In this document: one piece after another, positions 8,393-20,598 of the stretch
How the letters are laid out: the number at the start of each line of letters is the position of its first letter
Numbering within the stretch: position 1 is the first letter of the stretch
Assembly (NCBI GenBank): GCA_946629545.1
Contig: CAMOXZ010000003.1
Location: 1-37,365 of the forward strand
Direction of reading: 5' to 3'
Length of the DNA: 37,365 bases
From: an uncultured Bacillales bacterium
Lineage (GTDB): Bacteria; Bacillota_I; Bacilli_A; RF39; UBA660
Made by a program: the position numbers and the translations under genes
Notes under the pieces: generated by a model
The model's input: only the letters and a program-made list of their open reading frames with translations
Database searches by the model: none
Told to the model about the DNA's origin: nothing

Positions 8393-10426
8393 TTAGTTAT
8401 AAATATATAATTCATGTTGTGCTCTAGTACAAGCTACATATAATAGATTTCTTTCATTATTTTTATACGAATTATCTCTATTATTATAGACAATTACACT
8501 ATCAAATTCTAATCCTTTAGAAACATATGCAGGCATAATAACTAAGTCTTTATGAAAACTCTTAGTATTATGATCTACTAAACTAATTTCTAAAGTATCT
8601 TTAACTAAATCATATAATACTTCTGCTTCTTTCATATCCTTAGTAATTAAAGCTACACTTTTATATTCTCTTTTTAATTTACTAATATCATTAATTAAAC
8701 TATTTCTTATATCTTCTACACCTTTTCTTATAATAACTGGTTTATTTAAAGTTTTTCTAATCGCATTAACATGATTTAAACCAAGTATCTTATTAGTATA
8801 ATTAATTATCTCTGGAGAAGATCTATATGTCTTTAATAATTCAATATATTTAGTCTCTCCCCTAAATAAGTTAGATAATTCATCCAAAGAATCATAATGA
8901 TAATATGGATTAATATTTTGATTGATATCTCCTAAGATAGTAAAATCTGCTTTTCTAAATATCTCATTAATTATAATATATTGAAGTCTATTATAATCTT
9001 GTGCTTCATCTATTATAACTTGTTTAATATTACCATCATATATAAATCCTTCAAGTCTACCCTTTAAATATGCAAATACTAAAGCATCTTCATAATTAAT
9101 AGAATCATTATTAATAAAATCATTAACAGTCTTTTCATCTAATTTAAACCTACAATACTCTGATAGATAAAACTCTTTCATAATAGCTTTTAAATCATGT
9201 TTAAAATTACTATTCTCATACATTAATTTTAAATATGTAGCCTTCTTCTTATTACTACCCTTATAATTATTAGAACTTAGTTTAGAAGCAATCTCATCCA
9301 TTCTCTCAAATAAAGGTAATCTATCATACTTATCATGTAACATATAATTCAATTCATCTTTAACTACATAATATTTTTCAGTCTCATTAAATGAATTAGT
9401 AAATAGACACCTAGAAACATAATCTTCAATATAAGCATCTAAATCATCTATAATTCTATCACTTTGTTTATACTCTACTAATTCCGGAAAAATTTCCTTA
9501 TATGAATAAAATCTAGATATAAAATCAGTAAAATCTTCTACATGATTATACTCAGTAATAAAGTTTTCTAAATAATCTGCAAAAGTAGTTTGAAGTGTAT
9601 TAGCCTCTCCTAAAGAAGGTAATACTTCTGATATATAATCAGTAAATATATTATTAGGAGAAAATATTAATACATTATTACTATTTAAATTTTCTATTCT
9701 ATATAATAAGAATGCTATTCTATGAAGTGCTACAGTTGTCTTTCCACTTCCCGCAATACCTTGTACTATTAAGTTATCATCTTCAAGATTTCTAATAACT
9801 TTATTTTGTTCCTGTTGAATAGTATTAACAACATTCTTCATCCTGTCACTAGATTCAGTAGCTAATACTTCTTGTAGTACTTCATCATCTATATTTAATG
9901 AATTATCAAACACTCCAACTAGTTTTCTATTCTCTATCTTATATTGTCTTTTTCTTTTTAATTCACCATTATATATTCCACCAGGAGCACTATAACTACA
10001 AGGACCTGTTTCATAATCATAGAATAAACTACATATTGGACTTCTCCAATCATATAATATATTATTTTCATTCTTATCTTTTAAATAAGTTAAAGACATA
10101 TAAATATTATATATACTATTATCTTTATCATCTTTAAACACAATAGATGCAAAATAAGGTTTATCTTTAATCATTTTAAGTCTTCTTAAATAATCTTGTT
10201 TACGAAAGAATTTATCTGCTTCAAGTGCAGTAGCTGCTTTTACTTGAGTCATTTCTCCTTCATCAAAACTATTAGAATCAGACCACATCATCTTTTTAAA
10301 TTCTATTAAATCTTCTTCACCTACTTTAACATCATCCGCTAAAGAATTATAAGTTTCATCAAATAAAGAGATAACTTTATTAAGTATCTTCTCTTCTTTC
10401 TTTAATTCTTCATTAGTAATAGACAT
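8393..10426 (-). CDS. helD: RNA polymerase recycling motor HelD (SF1 helicase-like)
   Basis: PYFA; DWRSPI.SLFY; KRQYKI; MKNVVNTIQQEQNKVIR; QGIAGSGKTTVALHRIAFLLY; DEAQD; KGLEFDSV; YVACTRA.HEL. Confidence 0.9.
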   Translation of the reverse strand: MSITNEELKKEEKILNKVISLFDETYNSLADDVKVGEEDLIEFKKMMWSDSNSFDEGEMTQVKAATALEADKFFRKQDYLRRLKMIKDKPYFASIVFKDDKDNSIYNIYMSLTYLKDKNENNILYDWRSPICSLFYDYETGPCSYSAPGGIYNGELKRKRQYKIENRKLVGVFDNSLNIDDEVLQEVLATESSDRMKNVVNTIQQEQNKVIRNLEDDNLIVQGIAGSGKTTVALHRIAFLLYRIENLNSNNVLIFSPNNIFTDYISEVLPSLGEANTLQTTFADYLENFITEYNHVEDFTDFISRFYSYKEIFPELVEYKQSDRIIDDLDAYIEDYVSRCLFTNSFNETEKYYVVKDELNYMLHDKYDRLPLFERMDEIASKLSSNNYKGSNKKKATYLKLMYENSNFKHDLKAIMKEFYLSEYCRFKLDEKTVNDFINNDSINYEDALVFAYLKGRLEGFIYDGNIKQVIIDEAQDYNRLQYIIINEIFRKADFTILGDINQNINPYYHYDSLDELSNLFRGETKYIELLKTYRSSPEIINYTNKILGLNHVNAIRKTLNKPVIIRKGVEDIRNSLINDISKLKREYKSVALITKDMKEAEVLYDLVKDTLEISLVDHNTKSFHKDLVIMPAYVSKGLEFDSVIVYNNRDNSYKNNERNLLYVACTRAQHELYIYN

Positions 10427-10457
10427 AACTTCACCTTACAATCTATTTAAATATATC

Positions 10458-10490
10458 AAAAAAAAAGAATTGTTTCTATATAGAAACAAT
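10458..10490 (-). terminator. Intrinsic terminator
   Basis: attgtttcta/tagaaacaat stem with a long T-run. Confidence 0.65.
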
Positions 10491-10499
10491 AACTTTACA

Positions 10500-11186
10500 C
10501 TAAAATATTGTAGTTAATAATCCAAGTAATAAGAATATTACTAATATAATTATAGATAACTTAGTAATTTTAACTTTCTTAAGATTCTTAAATTTAAAAT
10601 CATTCTCATCATAATCTTTAACATCAATAATCTTTAAGAATATACTCTTCTTTTTTCTTAAATCACTTTTAGATATAATAACAAATTCATCTGGATTACC
10701 ACTCTCACTATAAGTAAAATCTTTAGGTAATCTTAAGAAATATATAAACATAGCTAAATCCATAGAAGCACCACTAATATTAACTATAGATAAAAATACT
10801 AATAATGGAATATTAAATATATAACCAAGTATAAATGTAATAACACCTATAACCACAAAAGGCATCTGTAACGAAATAAGAATATTCTTCTTAGTTAATT
10901 TTTGATATGCCATAGCATAAAATATACCCTTTTCAAGTTCTATTCCATAAGTAATATTTTTATGTTTAGTACCTCCTATAAAATAACCTAGTCCATGTAA
11001 TAATTCATGTAATATTAAATATAAAATTATAAATAAGAATGTTAAAAACATATTATCAAATTTAAATATATTTATTTTTAATAGTACTGCTAATGCTCCA
11101 CATAATATAAAAATTATAATACATAATATATTAGCAGGAACTAAATTCATTTTATATACATAAGTTTTTTTATTTGTTATACTCAT
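10500..11186 (-). CDS. DUF3267-family putative membrane zincin metalloprotease
   Basis: HELLH motif in a TM context; later N..GA..D motif. Start at the ATG at 11186 after GAGGT, overlapping the upstream gene end. Confidence 0.75.
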   Translation of the reverse strand: MSITNKKTYVYKMNLVPANILCIIIFILCGALAVLLKINIFKFDNMFLTFLFIILYLILHELLHGLGYFIGGTKHKNITYGIELEKGIFYAMAYQKLTKKNILISLQMPFVVIGVITFILGYIFNIPLLVFLSIVNISGASMDLAMFIYFLRLPKDFTYSESGNPDEFVIISKSDLRKKKSIFLKIIDVKDYDENDFKFKNLKKVKITKLSIIILVIFLLLGLLTTIF

Positions 11187-12552
11187 TAATAATACCTCTA
11201 AATTCATCTTGAATTTCTTTCAATCTTTCCATACTAGTAGCTTCAAATCTAGCAGTAATATTAGGACCAGTATTAGAGCATCTAACTAAAGCCCATCCAT
11301 CAGAGAAATTAACTCTAACACCATCTATATCTATAAAATCATATCCCTTACTAATAACATATTCTTTTACTTTATCTACTACACTAAACTTAATATCATC
11401 ATCTGAATGATATTTTTCCTCCTCTTCAGAGTAATAAGTATTTATACCTTCTAATAAGTTTGCGATAGATTTATCGGTATTAGAAAGTATTTCCAAAAGT
11501 CTTAGTCCAGCATACATTCCACTATCAAATCCAGGCCATCTATCATTGAAATATACGTGTCCTGATAATTCACCACCAAATGGTAAATTATCTTCTTTCA
11601 CCTTTGCTTTAGTATAAGAATTACCTGTACGATAACATATACCAGTACCACCTAATTTTTCTATTTCATCACTTAAACTCTTAGAGCATTTAACATCGTA
11701 TAAGAATGTTTTATTACTAACTTTATTAATAATATCCCTAATAATTATAATCATATAAATATCAGTAGGAATAAACTTACCTGTATTAGTAATAACACCT
11801 AATCTATCTCCATCACCATCAAATGATATACCTATATCTGCCCCTACTTCTAATACTTTATTCTTTAATTGAGTAAGATTATCTTCAATACATGGATCAG
11901 GATGATGATTAGGAAAAGTACCATCATTTTCTTCATTAATTATAATTAAATCCATAGGATATAACTCATATAATTTTCTAACAAACTTAGAACAAGCTCC
12001 ATTAGCAGGATCAACTACTACTTTTAATCTTCTATTACCAAAATGTAAATTAGTCTTATATAATTCAATATAATCAGGAAATATATCATATCCTTCAATA
12101 TTACCTACCCCATATATAAAATTCTTTTCTTTTAATTCATTATAAAAATCTTGTATTTCTTGTCCTTTACAATTACCTTTTTCATCAAAAGCAAATTTAA
12201 ATCCATTATCGTCTTTAGGATTATGACTAGCAGTAACCATAACACCACTAGGTATACCTAATTTAATACAAGCATAATAGTACATTGGTGTAGTACAAAG
12301 ATCAAGTCCTACGACATCACATCCAGTACATAAAATACCATTAATTAAAGCCCTGTATAACGCAGGTGAACTAAGTCTATTATCATGACCTACTATACAT
12401 TTTTTAAATCCTAATCTTTGAATATGACTACCAAAGCCCAATCCAAAAGTATATGCAGTATCTTCATCTAAATTAAGAGGATATACACCTCTAATATCAT
12501 ATCCTCTAAATATATTTTTATCTAGATTCTCTTTATATTTATAATCAGTCAT
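11170..12552 (-). CDS. Phosphomannomutase/phosphoglucomutase (AlgC-like)
   Basis: FRGYDIRG; TASHNP phosphoserine loop; FPNHHPDP; FDGDGDR metal loop; GELSGH. Confidence 0.93.
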   Translation of the reverse strand: MTDYKYKENLDKNIFRGYDIRGVYPLNLDEDTAYTFGLGFGSHIQRLGFKKCIVGHDNRLSSPALYRALINGILCTGCDVVGLDLCTTPMYYYACIKLGIPSGVMVTASHNPKDDNGFKFAFDEKGNCKGQEIQDFYNELKEKNFIYGVGNIEGYDIFPDYIELYKTNLHFGNRRLKVVVDPANGACSKFVRKLYELYPMDLIIINEENDGTFPNHHPDPCIEDNLTQLKNKVLEVGADIGISFDGDGDRLGVITNTGKFIPTDIYMIIIIRDIINKVSNKTFLYDVKCSKSLSDEIEKLGGTGICYRTGNSYTKAKVKEDNLPFGGELSGHVYFNDRWPGFDSGMYAGLRLLEILSNTDKSIANLLEGINTYYSEEEEKYHSDDDIKFSVVDKVKEYVISKGYDFIDIDGVRVNFSDGWALVRCSNTGPNITARFEATSMERLKEIQDEFRGIINEYNK

Positions 12553-12556
12553 ATAA

Positions 12557-13282
12557 TCACCTTTTATCCTTTATTTTAACAAGTTTTATGGTCTTACCTA
12601 ATTGTTCATCCATAAACTCTCTTAATTTAATTATATTAGCATTCAGTTTAATATGAGGATAAGCCTTAAATAATCTCTTATAGAACACTCTATATTTACT
12701 TAAAGATTCAGCTACTTGTTCTTTTACTACAGCAGTAGCATCAGTATTAAGATACTTATTAGTATTAATTTTTAATTTAGAAATAACAAATGTAGAAACA
12801 ATAGTATCAATTATAATAACACTTGCAAATACCCATCCTACAATAACAATAATTGAAGGATCAAAAGATACTAAAAAATCATTAAGTATTGGATGAAAAT
12901 ATCTAACAATAACTACTCCACCTACTCCAAATAAAAATCCATTTCTTAAACAAATTCTACCATTAATATTAAATTTACTTTTTGAATAATCCCACCATCT
13001 TAATTTAAATATTTTTTCCATTAATAAACTAGTAAAATATTCAACTGCACTACATAAAAATGAACTAAGTACAAACAATACAAATATATCATCTTTATAT
13101 TTGCTTAATAATGTAACCATTATTAAAGCACCGAATCCAAATACTGGAATATATGGTCCTAATAAATAACCACGAGACATAGTAAATTTCTTAGTAACAA
13201 TAATACATGATGTAACCTCAATAATATATCCAATTATTGAATATATAAAGAATATTAAAAACCAATACATTAAATCATACAT
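12557..13282 (-). CDS. Putative ABC transporter permease (DUF1113/CmpB family)
   Basis: FFIYS.IGY..E; RG.L.GPY.P.FGFG; EY.TS.L.EK.F..RWWDYS...FNINGRICL. Confidence 0.85.
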   Translation of the reverse strand: MYDLMYWFLIFFIYSIIGYIIEVTSCIIVTKKFTMSRGYLLGPYIPVFGFGALIMVTLLSKYKDDIFVLFVLSSFLCSAVEYFTSLLMEKIFKLRWWDYSKSKFNINGRICLRNGFLFGVGGVVIVRYFHPILNDFLVSFDPSIIVIVGWVFASVIIIDTIVSTFVISKLKINTNKYLNTDATAVVKEQVAESLSKYRVFYKRLFKAYPHIKLNANIIKLREFMDEQLGKTIKLVKIKDKR

Positions 13283-13335
13283 ATAATCACCTATTATCTA
13301 ATACTATTATATTATATTTTTTATTACAAGAAAAG

Positions 13336-13360
13336 AAAAAAATAGGATAATTATCCTATT
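13336..13360 (-). terminator. Probable terminator (20-bp palindrome)
   Basis: aataggataattatcctatt overlaps the stop codon and is followed by a T-run. Confidence 0.55.
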
Positions 13361-13869
13361 ATAAATTTAAGTAATCCAAATGAAATAGCCATCATTATAA
13401 GACTAGCTATAAGTATACCAATCATAGCCGCAATAAAAGCTTTTTTTCTATTCATCTCTAAACAGGCAGCTATTAAACAACCAGTCCAAGCACCAGTTCC
13501 AGGTAAAGGTATACCTACAAATAATACTAATCCCCAGAATCCATATTTCTCTATAGTACCTTTATGTTTATCTACTTTCTTATCTAACCACTTAGCAATC
13601 TTATTTAAAAACTTAACTTTACTTTTTCTCATTAAATCAAGAATCCAAGTAATTAACCATAATATAAATGGTACTGGAATAATATTACCTATTATACAAA
13701 TAATATAACTTCTAATTGGATCTAACCCTAAAATAGAAGCAGCTAATAACCCACCTCTTAATTCAAGAATAGGCATTAAAGAAATAATAAAAACTGCTAT
13801 CTCTTTACCAAATCTAAATCCATTAAATCCACTCAATAATGATAGTAACCAACCTACTATACTCTCCAT
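13351..13869 (-). CDS. Small multi-drug export family protein (COG2426)
   Basis: PILELRGG; GNIIPVPFI; LFVGIPLPGTGAWTG. Confidence 0.9.
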   Translation of the reverse strand: MESIVGWLLSLLSGFNGFRFGKEIAVFIISLMPILELRGGLLAASILGLDPIRSYIICIIGNIIPVPFILWLITWILDLMRKSKVKFLNKIAKWLDKKVDKHKGTIEKYGFWGLVLFVGIPLPGTGAWTGCLIAACLEMNRKKAFIAAMIGILIASLIMMAISFGLLKFIIG

Positions 13870-13880
13870 ATAACCTCCAA

Positions 13881-14360
13881 CTATTTAATACAATAAAAAA
13901 CTAATATAAATATAAATGACATTGCAGCACTAATCTCTTTTCTAAGAGAATATGCTTTCTCATATACAGCAGAAACATCATCAATAATATCTACTATCCA
14001 ACTCTCTAAATACTTAGGTGGTGTAAATGTAATAGGAAACATATGTGTCTTAATAATATCTTCCTGTATATCTGTTAAATCAACATATTTTGAAGCATTC
14101 TCAATTGCATACTTAGGATGTCTTCTAAGTTTAAATATACTTTTTTCTTCATCTACTTCATCAGTAAAAAAATCATGAAATAATGCAGCAACAGTAGCTT
14201 CCTCGTAATTAATATGTAATACCTTAGTAACTAAATAAGTATAATAAGCAACTCTAATAGAATGATCATATCTAGTAATACCATGATGTTCTATACTTTT
14301 TAATTCATAAAACTCATCTGTTAAATAAGGTTTAATAATATCATTAAATTCATCTTTCAT
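13881..14360 (-). CDS. HD-domain phosphohydrolase
   Basis: HH..TRYDHS..VAY; ALFHDFF; HP..A; I.THMFP. Start uncertain (14360 vs 14396). Confidence 0.85.
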   Translation of the reverse strand: MKDEFNDIIKPYLTDEFYELKSIEHHGITRYDHSIRVAYYTYLVTKVLHINYEEATVAALFHDFFTDEVDEEKSIFKLRRHPKYAIENASKYVDLTDIQEDIIKTHMFPITFTPPKYLESWIVDIIDDVSAVYEKAYSLRKEISAAMSFIFILVFYCIK

Positions 14361-14420
14361 TTTATCATCTCGCAAATAAAATGATACCATAAACATTATA
14401 ACTATTTCAATAATCTTTAC

Positions 14421-14446
14421 AAAAATAGACGTCTATTGACGTCTAT
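14421..14446 (-). terminator. Intrinsic terminator after dnaB
   Basis: atagacgtc/gacgtctat stem with a T-run. Confidence 0.65.
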
Positions 14447-15729
14447 ACTAATTCATTTAAAATCTTATCTAATTCTTCTTGTTCTTCTTTAGTTGTTTCA
14501 AGTATTTCTTGTTCTTTATTAAACCAAGCAGGTAACTTTTCTTCTTTTACCTTCTTAGTAACATTTTTCTCTTTATGAATAGTTTTATTAAGTTCTTTAT
14601 GTTTCTTTTCGGCAAGTCTCATAGCATCTTCAACAGTTTCAACATTAAGTCTTTTCCATTGACCAGCTATTGTCTCAATATAATTTCTATTCAATTGTTC
14701 ATTATTTATCTTTAAAACATAACTAATTAATACATTAACTACTCCAGGAGCTAATTTTTGTTCTACTAATAAATCTTCTATTAACTTTTTATCTCTCTCA
14801 GTAGGATTACCACCTTTATATTTAGCTTTTAATAATTGATATGGAGTAATATTCTCAAATGTATAAACCATCTTAGCCCATTTAGAATTATCACCCTTAG
14901 GTTTCTTTAAATACTCAGGTTGTTTATTATATATTAATGTAGGTAAATTACCAAAATTATCAAACTTATAATAATCCCTACAACTCTTTCTTAATACACT
15001 TTTATCAATCATACCTTTTTCATTAATAGAATTTCGTATTAATCCTTGCATATCTAAAGTATCTAAATTATATATATAACTTAAAGTATTTATTAACTCT
15101 TTAGTATCATCAGTAAAACACTTTTCATATTCAGGTAAACCAGATATTAATAAACTATAATCAATTCTATTATTAATATTTATATTATTAGAATTATTAG
15201 TAATTATATCTTCACTTACTTCTGCAGTTCCTCTAACAGGAGTAAATACATCATCAAAAGATGCAGTTATATCTTCATAATCCTTTAATACTATTTTAGG
15301 TATTTTAAAATAATTTTTTACTTTTTCATATTCTTTCTTACCTAAATTATTATATAAAACTACATTAAGTACTGGGTGATTAAAAAATTCATTAGCACTT
15401 ATTGGTGAATATACTACATAAACATATTGATTAATATTATCTTTCTTCATATATGTTTTTATAAGTCCTACAGCTTCTAATTTTTCTCTTGAAACTAATA
15501 TATCTTCTAATCTTAATTGCATTGTATTCATTAAATGATGATGTGTTAAATCCTCACTCATCATTTGAGTTTTTTCTAAATCATCAAGTAATGTATTATA
15601 TAAACTAACAGCAGTATATCCAATTATTGGTTGATAAAGCATAGTAATTATCTTCTTATCATAAGAAGTAATAATACTCTTATTAATAACTGTATAAGTA
15701 TCTGCAGGTAAAACAGTAATACTCTTCAT
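14443..15729 (-). CDS. dnaB: Firmicute replication initiation/helicase loader DnaB (DnaD-domain protein)
   Basis: LYQPIIG..AVSLY..L; LEAVGLIKTY; P.SANEFF..P.L; GVVNVLI.YVL; YIETIA..W....V.TVEDAM; C-terminal LPAWF. Confidence 0.88.
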   Translation of the reverse strand: MKSITVLPADTYTVINKSIITSYDKKIITMLYQPIIGYTAVSLYNTLLDDLEKTQMMSEDLTHHHLMNTMQLRLEDILVSREKLEAVGLIKTYMKKDNINQYVYVVYSPISANEFFNHPVLNVVLYNNLGKKEYEKVKNYFKIPKIVLKDYEDITASFDDVFTPVRGTAEVSEDIITNNSNNININNRIDYSLLISGLPEYEKCFTDDTKELINTLSYIYNLDTLDMQGLIRNSINEKGMIDKSVLRKSCRDYYKFDNFGNLPTLIYNKQPEYLKKPKGDNSKWAKMVYTFENITPYQLLKAKYKGGNPTERDKKLIEDLLVEQKLAPGVVNVLISYVLKINNEQLNRNYIETIAGQWKRLNVETVEDAMRLAEKKHKELNKTIHKEKNVTKKVKEEKLPAWFNKEQEILETTKEEQEELDKILNELV

Positions 15730-15776
15730 ATACATCACCCATAATTACTATATCATAAAAACATATCTAATCAAAT

Positions 15777-15798
15777 AAAAAAATTCCCAAAGGGAATT
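15777..15798 (-). terminator. Intrinsic terminator
   Basis: aattccc/gggaatt stem with a T-run. Confidence 0.6.
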
Positions 15799-16564
15799 AT
15801 TTTAATGTTAAAAAATTTAAAATCATACTAGTATCCATCTTAGTAAGATATATAAATAAGAATGCTATTAAAAGAAATGGTCCAAAAGGAACTAATTTAG
15901 TCTTCTTTCTTAATAGAATTATTATTGATATAGGTAAAGCCATTAAACTTCCAAAGAATATTACAAATAAACTTGGTAATGGTGATAAGACAAGTCCTAT
16001 CACAAACATTAATTTAATATCTCCTCCACCCAATGATTCTTTCTTAAATATAAAGTTACCTAATAGCATAACTGTATACATAATAAGAAACATTACTAAA
16101 CCAGATAGCATATTTGAAAATGTAGACATGAATCCATTACTTAATGCAAATACTATTATAAAATATCCAATAAAGAATATTAGTACTTCATCCGGAATAA
16201 TATAATAACTAATATCAGAAACTGAAATAATTACTAGCATTGAAACAATTCCAAATGCAATTAATAATTCATAAGACATACCAAATATCAAATAACTTAA
16301 AGCAAATAATATACCAGTAAACAATTCCATATATGTAGATAATGGATCTATTTCTTTCTTACAATATCTACACTTACCACCTAACATTACAAATGAAAGA
16401 ACTGGAATCATATCTATAAATGATAAAGTATGTTTACAATTATCACAATAACTTCGATTAGTTATAAAATTTTCATGTCTAGGACATCTCAATCCAATTA
16501 CAGTATAAAATGAACCCATAAACAATCCAAAAATAAAGAAGATAATTAAATACAGAATACTCAT
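15797..16564 (-). CDS. comC: Type IV prepilin peptidase (A24, ComC/PilD-like)
   Basis: GSF..V...R.P; RSYCDNC..CRYC zinc site; GGGDIKL; PFGPFL. Confidence 0.9.
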   Translation of the reverse strand: MSILYLIIFFIFGLFMGSFYTVIGLRCPRHENFITNRSYCDNCKHTLSFIDMIPVLSFVMLGGKCRYCKKEIDPLSTYMELFTGILFALSYLIFGMSYELLIAFGIVSMLVIISVSDISYYIIPDEVLIFFIGYFIIVFALSNGFMSTFSNMLSGLVMFLIMYTVMLLGNFIFKKESLGGGDIKLMFVIGLVLSPLPSLFVIFFGSLMALPISIIILLRKKTKLVPFGPFLLIAFLFIYLTKMDTSMILNFLTLK

Positions 16565-16577
16565 ATAAAATTACCTC

Positions 16578-18035
16578 CTACTTAACTTGACTATAAATTG
16601 AGAACATTGGTTGAATGATTGAAAGTAATATGATACCAACAACTACTGCTAAGAAACAGATTAATAATGGTTCTACTAAACTCTTCATTTGATCAATAAC
16701 ATTTTTATGAAGTGTTTGGAAGTGGTTAGCAACCTTTTCCATCATTTGACCAAGTTGTCCAGTAGTTTCACCAGTAACAATCATTTCATAGGCAACTACA
16801 GGAATTGCCCATTCACCTTTGAAAGCACTAGATATTGAATCACCTTTACCAAGGTTTTCAAGTGTCTTATTGATTATTCTTTTATATGTTTCATTATTAG
16901 TAATTTTAGAAAGGATTTCCATACTATCAGTAATAAATACACCATGGTTTAATAATGAAGCAAATGTTTTAGTAAAGTTTGAAATTTCATTATAAATTAT
17001 AATATCTTTAAATACAGGTAAATGCATAAGAAATACTTGAATTTTCTCTCTTACTACTTGTACATGCGTATATAGATAATAAATTATAGCAACAATAGAT
17101 ACAGCTGCAATTATCAATATAATCCAGTTATTCTGGATAAACTCACTGACTGACATAACTGCAAGGGTTAAAGGTGGCAATGTTGCACCATTTGATTCAA
17201 ATAATGAATTAAATTGTGGAACTAAGTATGTAAGCATGAAGATTAAAACACCAAAAGCAATAAGTAATACAACAACTGGATATGTCATAGCAGATTTCAT
17301 TTGCTTACGTGTTTGATCAATAGATGTATAATACTCAGCCATATCATCAAGTATAGATGGTAAATCACCAGTCATTTCAGATGTCTTTACCATGTTTATT
17401 AAAAGTTTTGGATAAACTTTTGATTGCATTTCCATAGCTTCTGATAAACTTTCACCTTTTAATAATTGGTAAACAAGTTCATAAAAGCTTCTTCTAATTG
17501 CTGGTTTTTTAGATTGTTTTGCTAAGATTTTAACTGAATCTGCTAAAGCAATACCAGCTTTTAAATATGTAGATAATTGAGTTAGTGAGAAAGATAAATC
17601 ACTAGCACTAAACTTACCTCCACCAATATCAACATCAAGTTTTGAACGTTCTTTTACTTCAAGTACTTGGTAGTTTAATGATAATAAGAAATTACGTACA
17701 TCATTTTCAGTTTCAGCATCAAATGTACCAGTTTCTTTCTTACCTACTCCATTAATTATTGTATATCTATAACTAAAAACAGGGTTTTTAACACGTTCCC
17801 TACTATTGTCTATTTTAGCAATATCATTTGTAGAAATATCAGGTTTTGCAGATGCTTGTTGTAGATTTGCATTTGGTGTTTGTTGTTGGGCATTTTGTGC
17901 AACAGGTTGAACAGGTGCTACTGGTTGAACAGCTTGCACAGGTGTAACTGGCTGAACTGCTGGTTGTGGTGTAACAGGTTGAATAGCTGGTTGCCCATTT
18001 TGCGGTTGTAATAATTCAATATTATTATCTTGCAT
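16578..18035 (-). CDS. pilC: Type IV pilus inner-membrane platform protein PilC (T2SS F family) with a Gln/Pro-rich N-terminal extension
   Basis: QLSTYLKAGI; GESLSEAM; E.TG.L; AMTYP; second repeat GETTGQL..M.EKVA; LVEP. Confidence 0.88.
   Translation of the reverse strand: MQDNNIELLQPQNGQPAIQPVTPQPAVQPVTPVQAVQPVAPVQPVAQNAQQQTPNANLQQASAKPDISTNDIAKIDNSRERVKNPVFSYRYTIINGVGKKETGTFDAETENDVRNFLLSLNYQVLEVKERSKLDVDIGGGKFSASDLSFSLTQLSTYLKAGIALADSVKILAKQSKKPAIRRSFYELVYQLLKGESLSEAMEMQSKVYPKLLINMVKTSEMTGDLPSILDDMAEYYTSIDQTRKQMKSAMTYPVVVLLIAFGVLIFMLTYLVPQFNSLFESNGATLPPLTLAVMSVSEFIQNNWIILIIAAVSIVAIIYYLYTHVQVVREKIQVFLMHLPVFKDIIIYNEISNFTKTFASLLNHGVFITDSMEILSKITNNETYKRIINKTLENLGKGDSISSAFKGEWAIPVVAYEMIVTGETTGQLGQMMEKVANHFQTLHKNVIDQMKSLVEPLLICFLAVVVGIILLSIIQPMFSIYSQVK
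17875..18012 (-). repeat. Low-complexity imperfect (V/A)QPV(T/A)P repeat within pilC
   Basis: QPAIQPVTPQPAVQPVTPVQAVQPVAPVQPVAQNAQQQ. Confidence 0.8.
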
Positions 18036-18128
18036 ATCTACACCTTCCCTTTTTATCCTACTATATTACAATTCTAACATAATTATAATTTTTTTTAAAT
18101 ACCTAATTTAAACATTTTTATCATTTTA

Positions 18129-18136
18129 CATATACT
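18129..18136 (+). promoter_or_regulatory. SigmaE/sigmaK-type -10 element for the YqfQ-like gene
   Basis: CATATACT just upstream of a GAGGTG RBS; the -35 match is weak. Confidence 0.45.
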
Positions 18137-18153
18137 AAATTAGAGGTGATTTT

Positions 18154-20539
<2,386 letters not shown>

Positions 20540-20557
20540 AAACACACCCCTTTCATT

Positions 20558-20583
20558 AAAAAAGCACTTCCAAAAGTGCCTTT
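20558..20583 (-). terminator. Probable terminator between ruvB and queA
   Basis: gcactt/aagtgc stem with a T-run. Confidence 0.5.
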
Positions 20584-20598
20584 ATTATACAACAATTT

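Noticed and set aside
9898-10137. 79-aa plus-strand ORF
   Set aside because: Antisense within helD; no RBS or recognisable motif
12557-12559. Possible TGA=Trp recoding (Mollicute-like code), since TGA stops are rare here
   Set aside because: Conserved genes translate to full length in the standard code without in-frame TGA; this TGA is a sensible stop just before the next gene
20546-20598. Possible preQ1 riboswitch upstream of queA
   Set aside because: Only a simple terminator-like hairpin; no preQ1 loop and A-rich tail pattern on the sense strand
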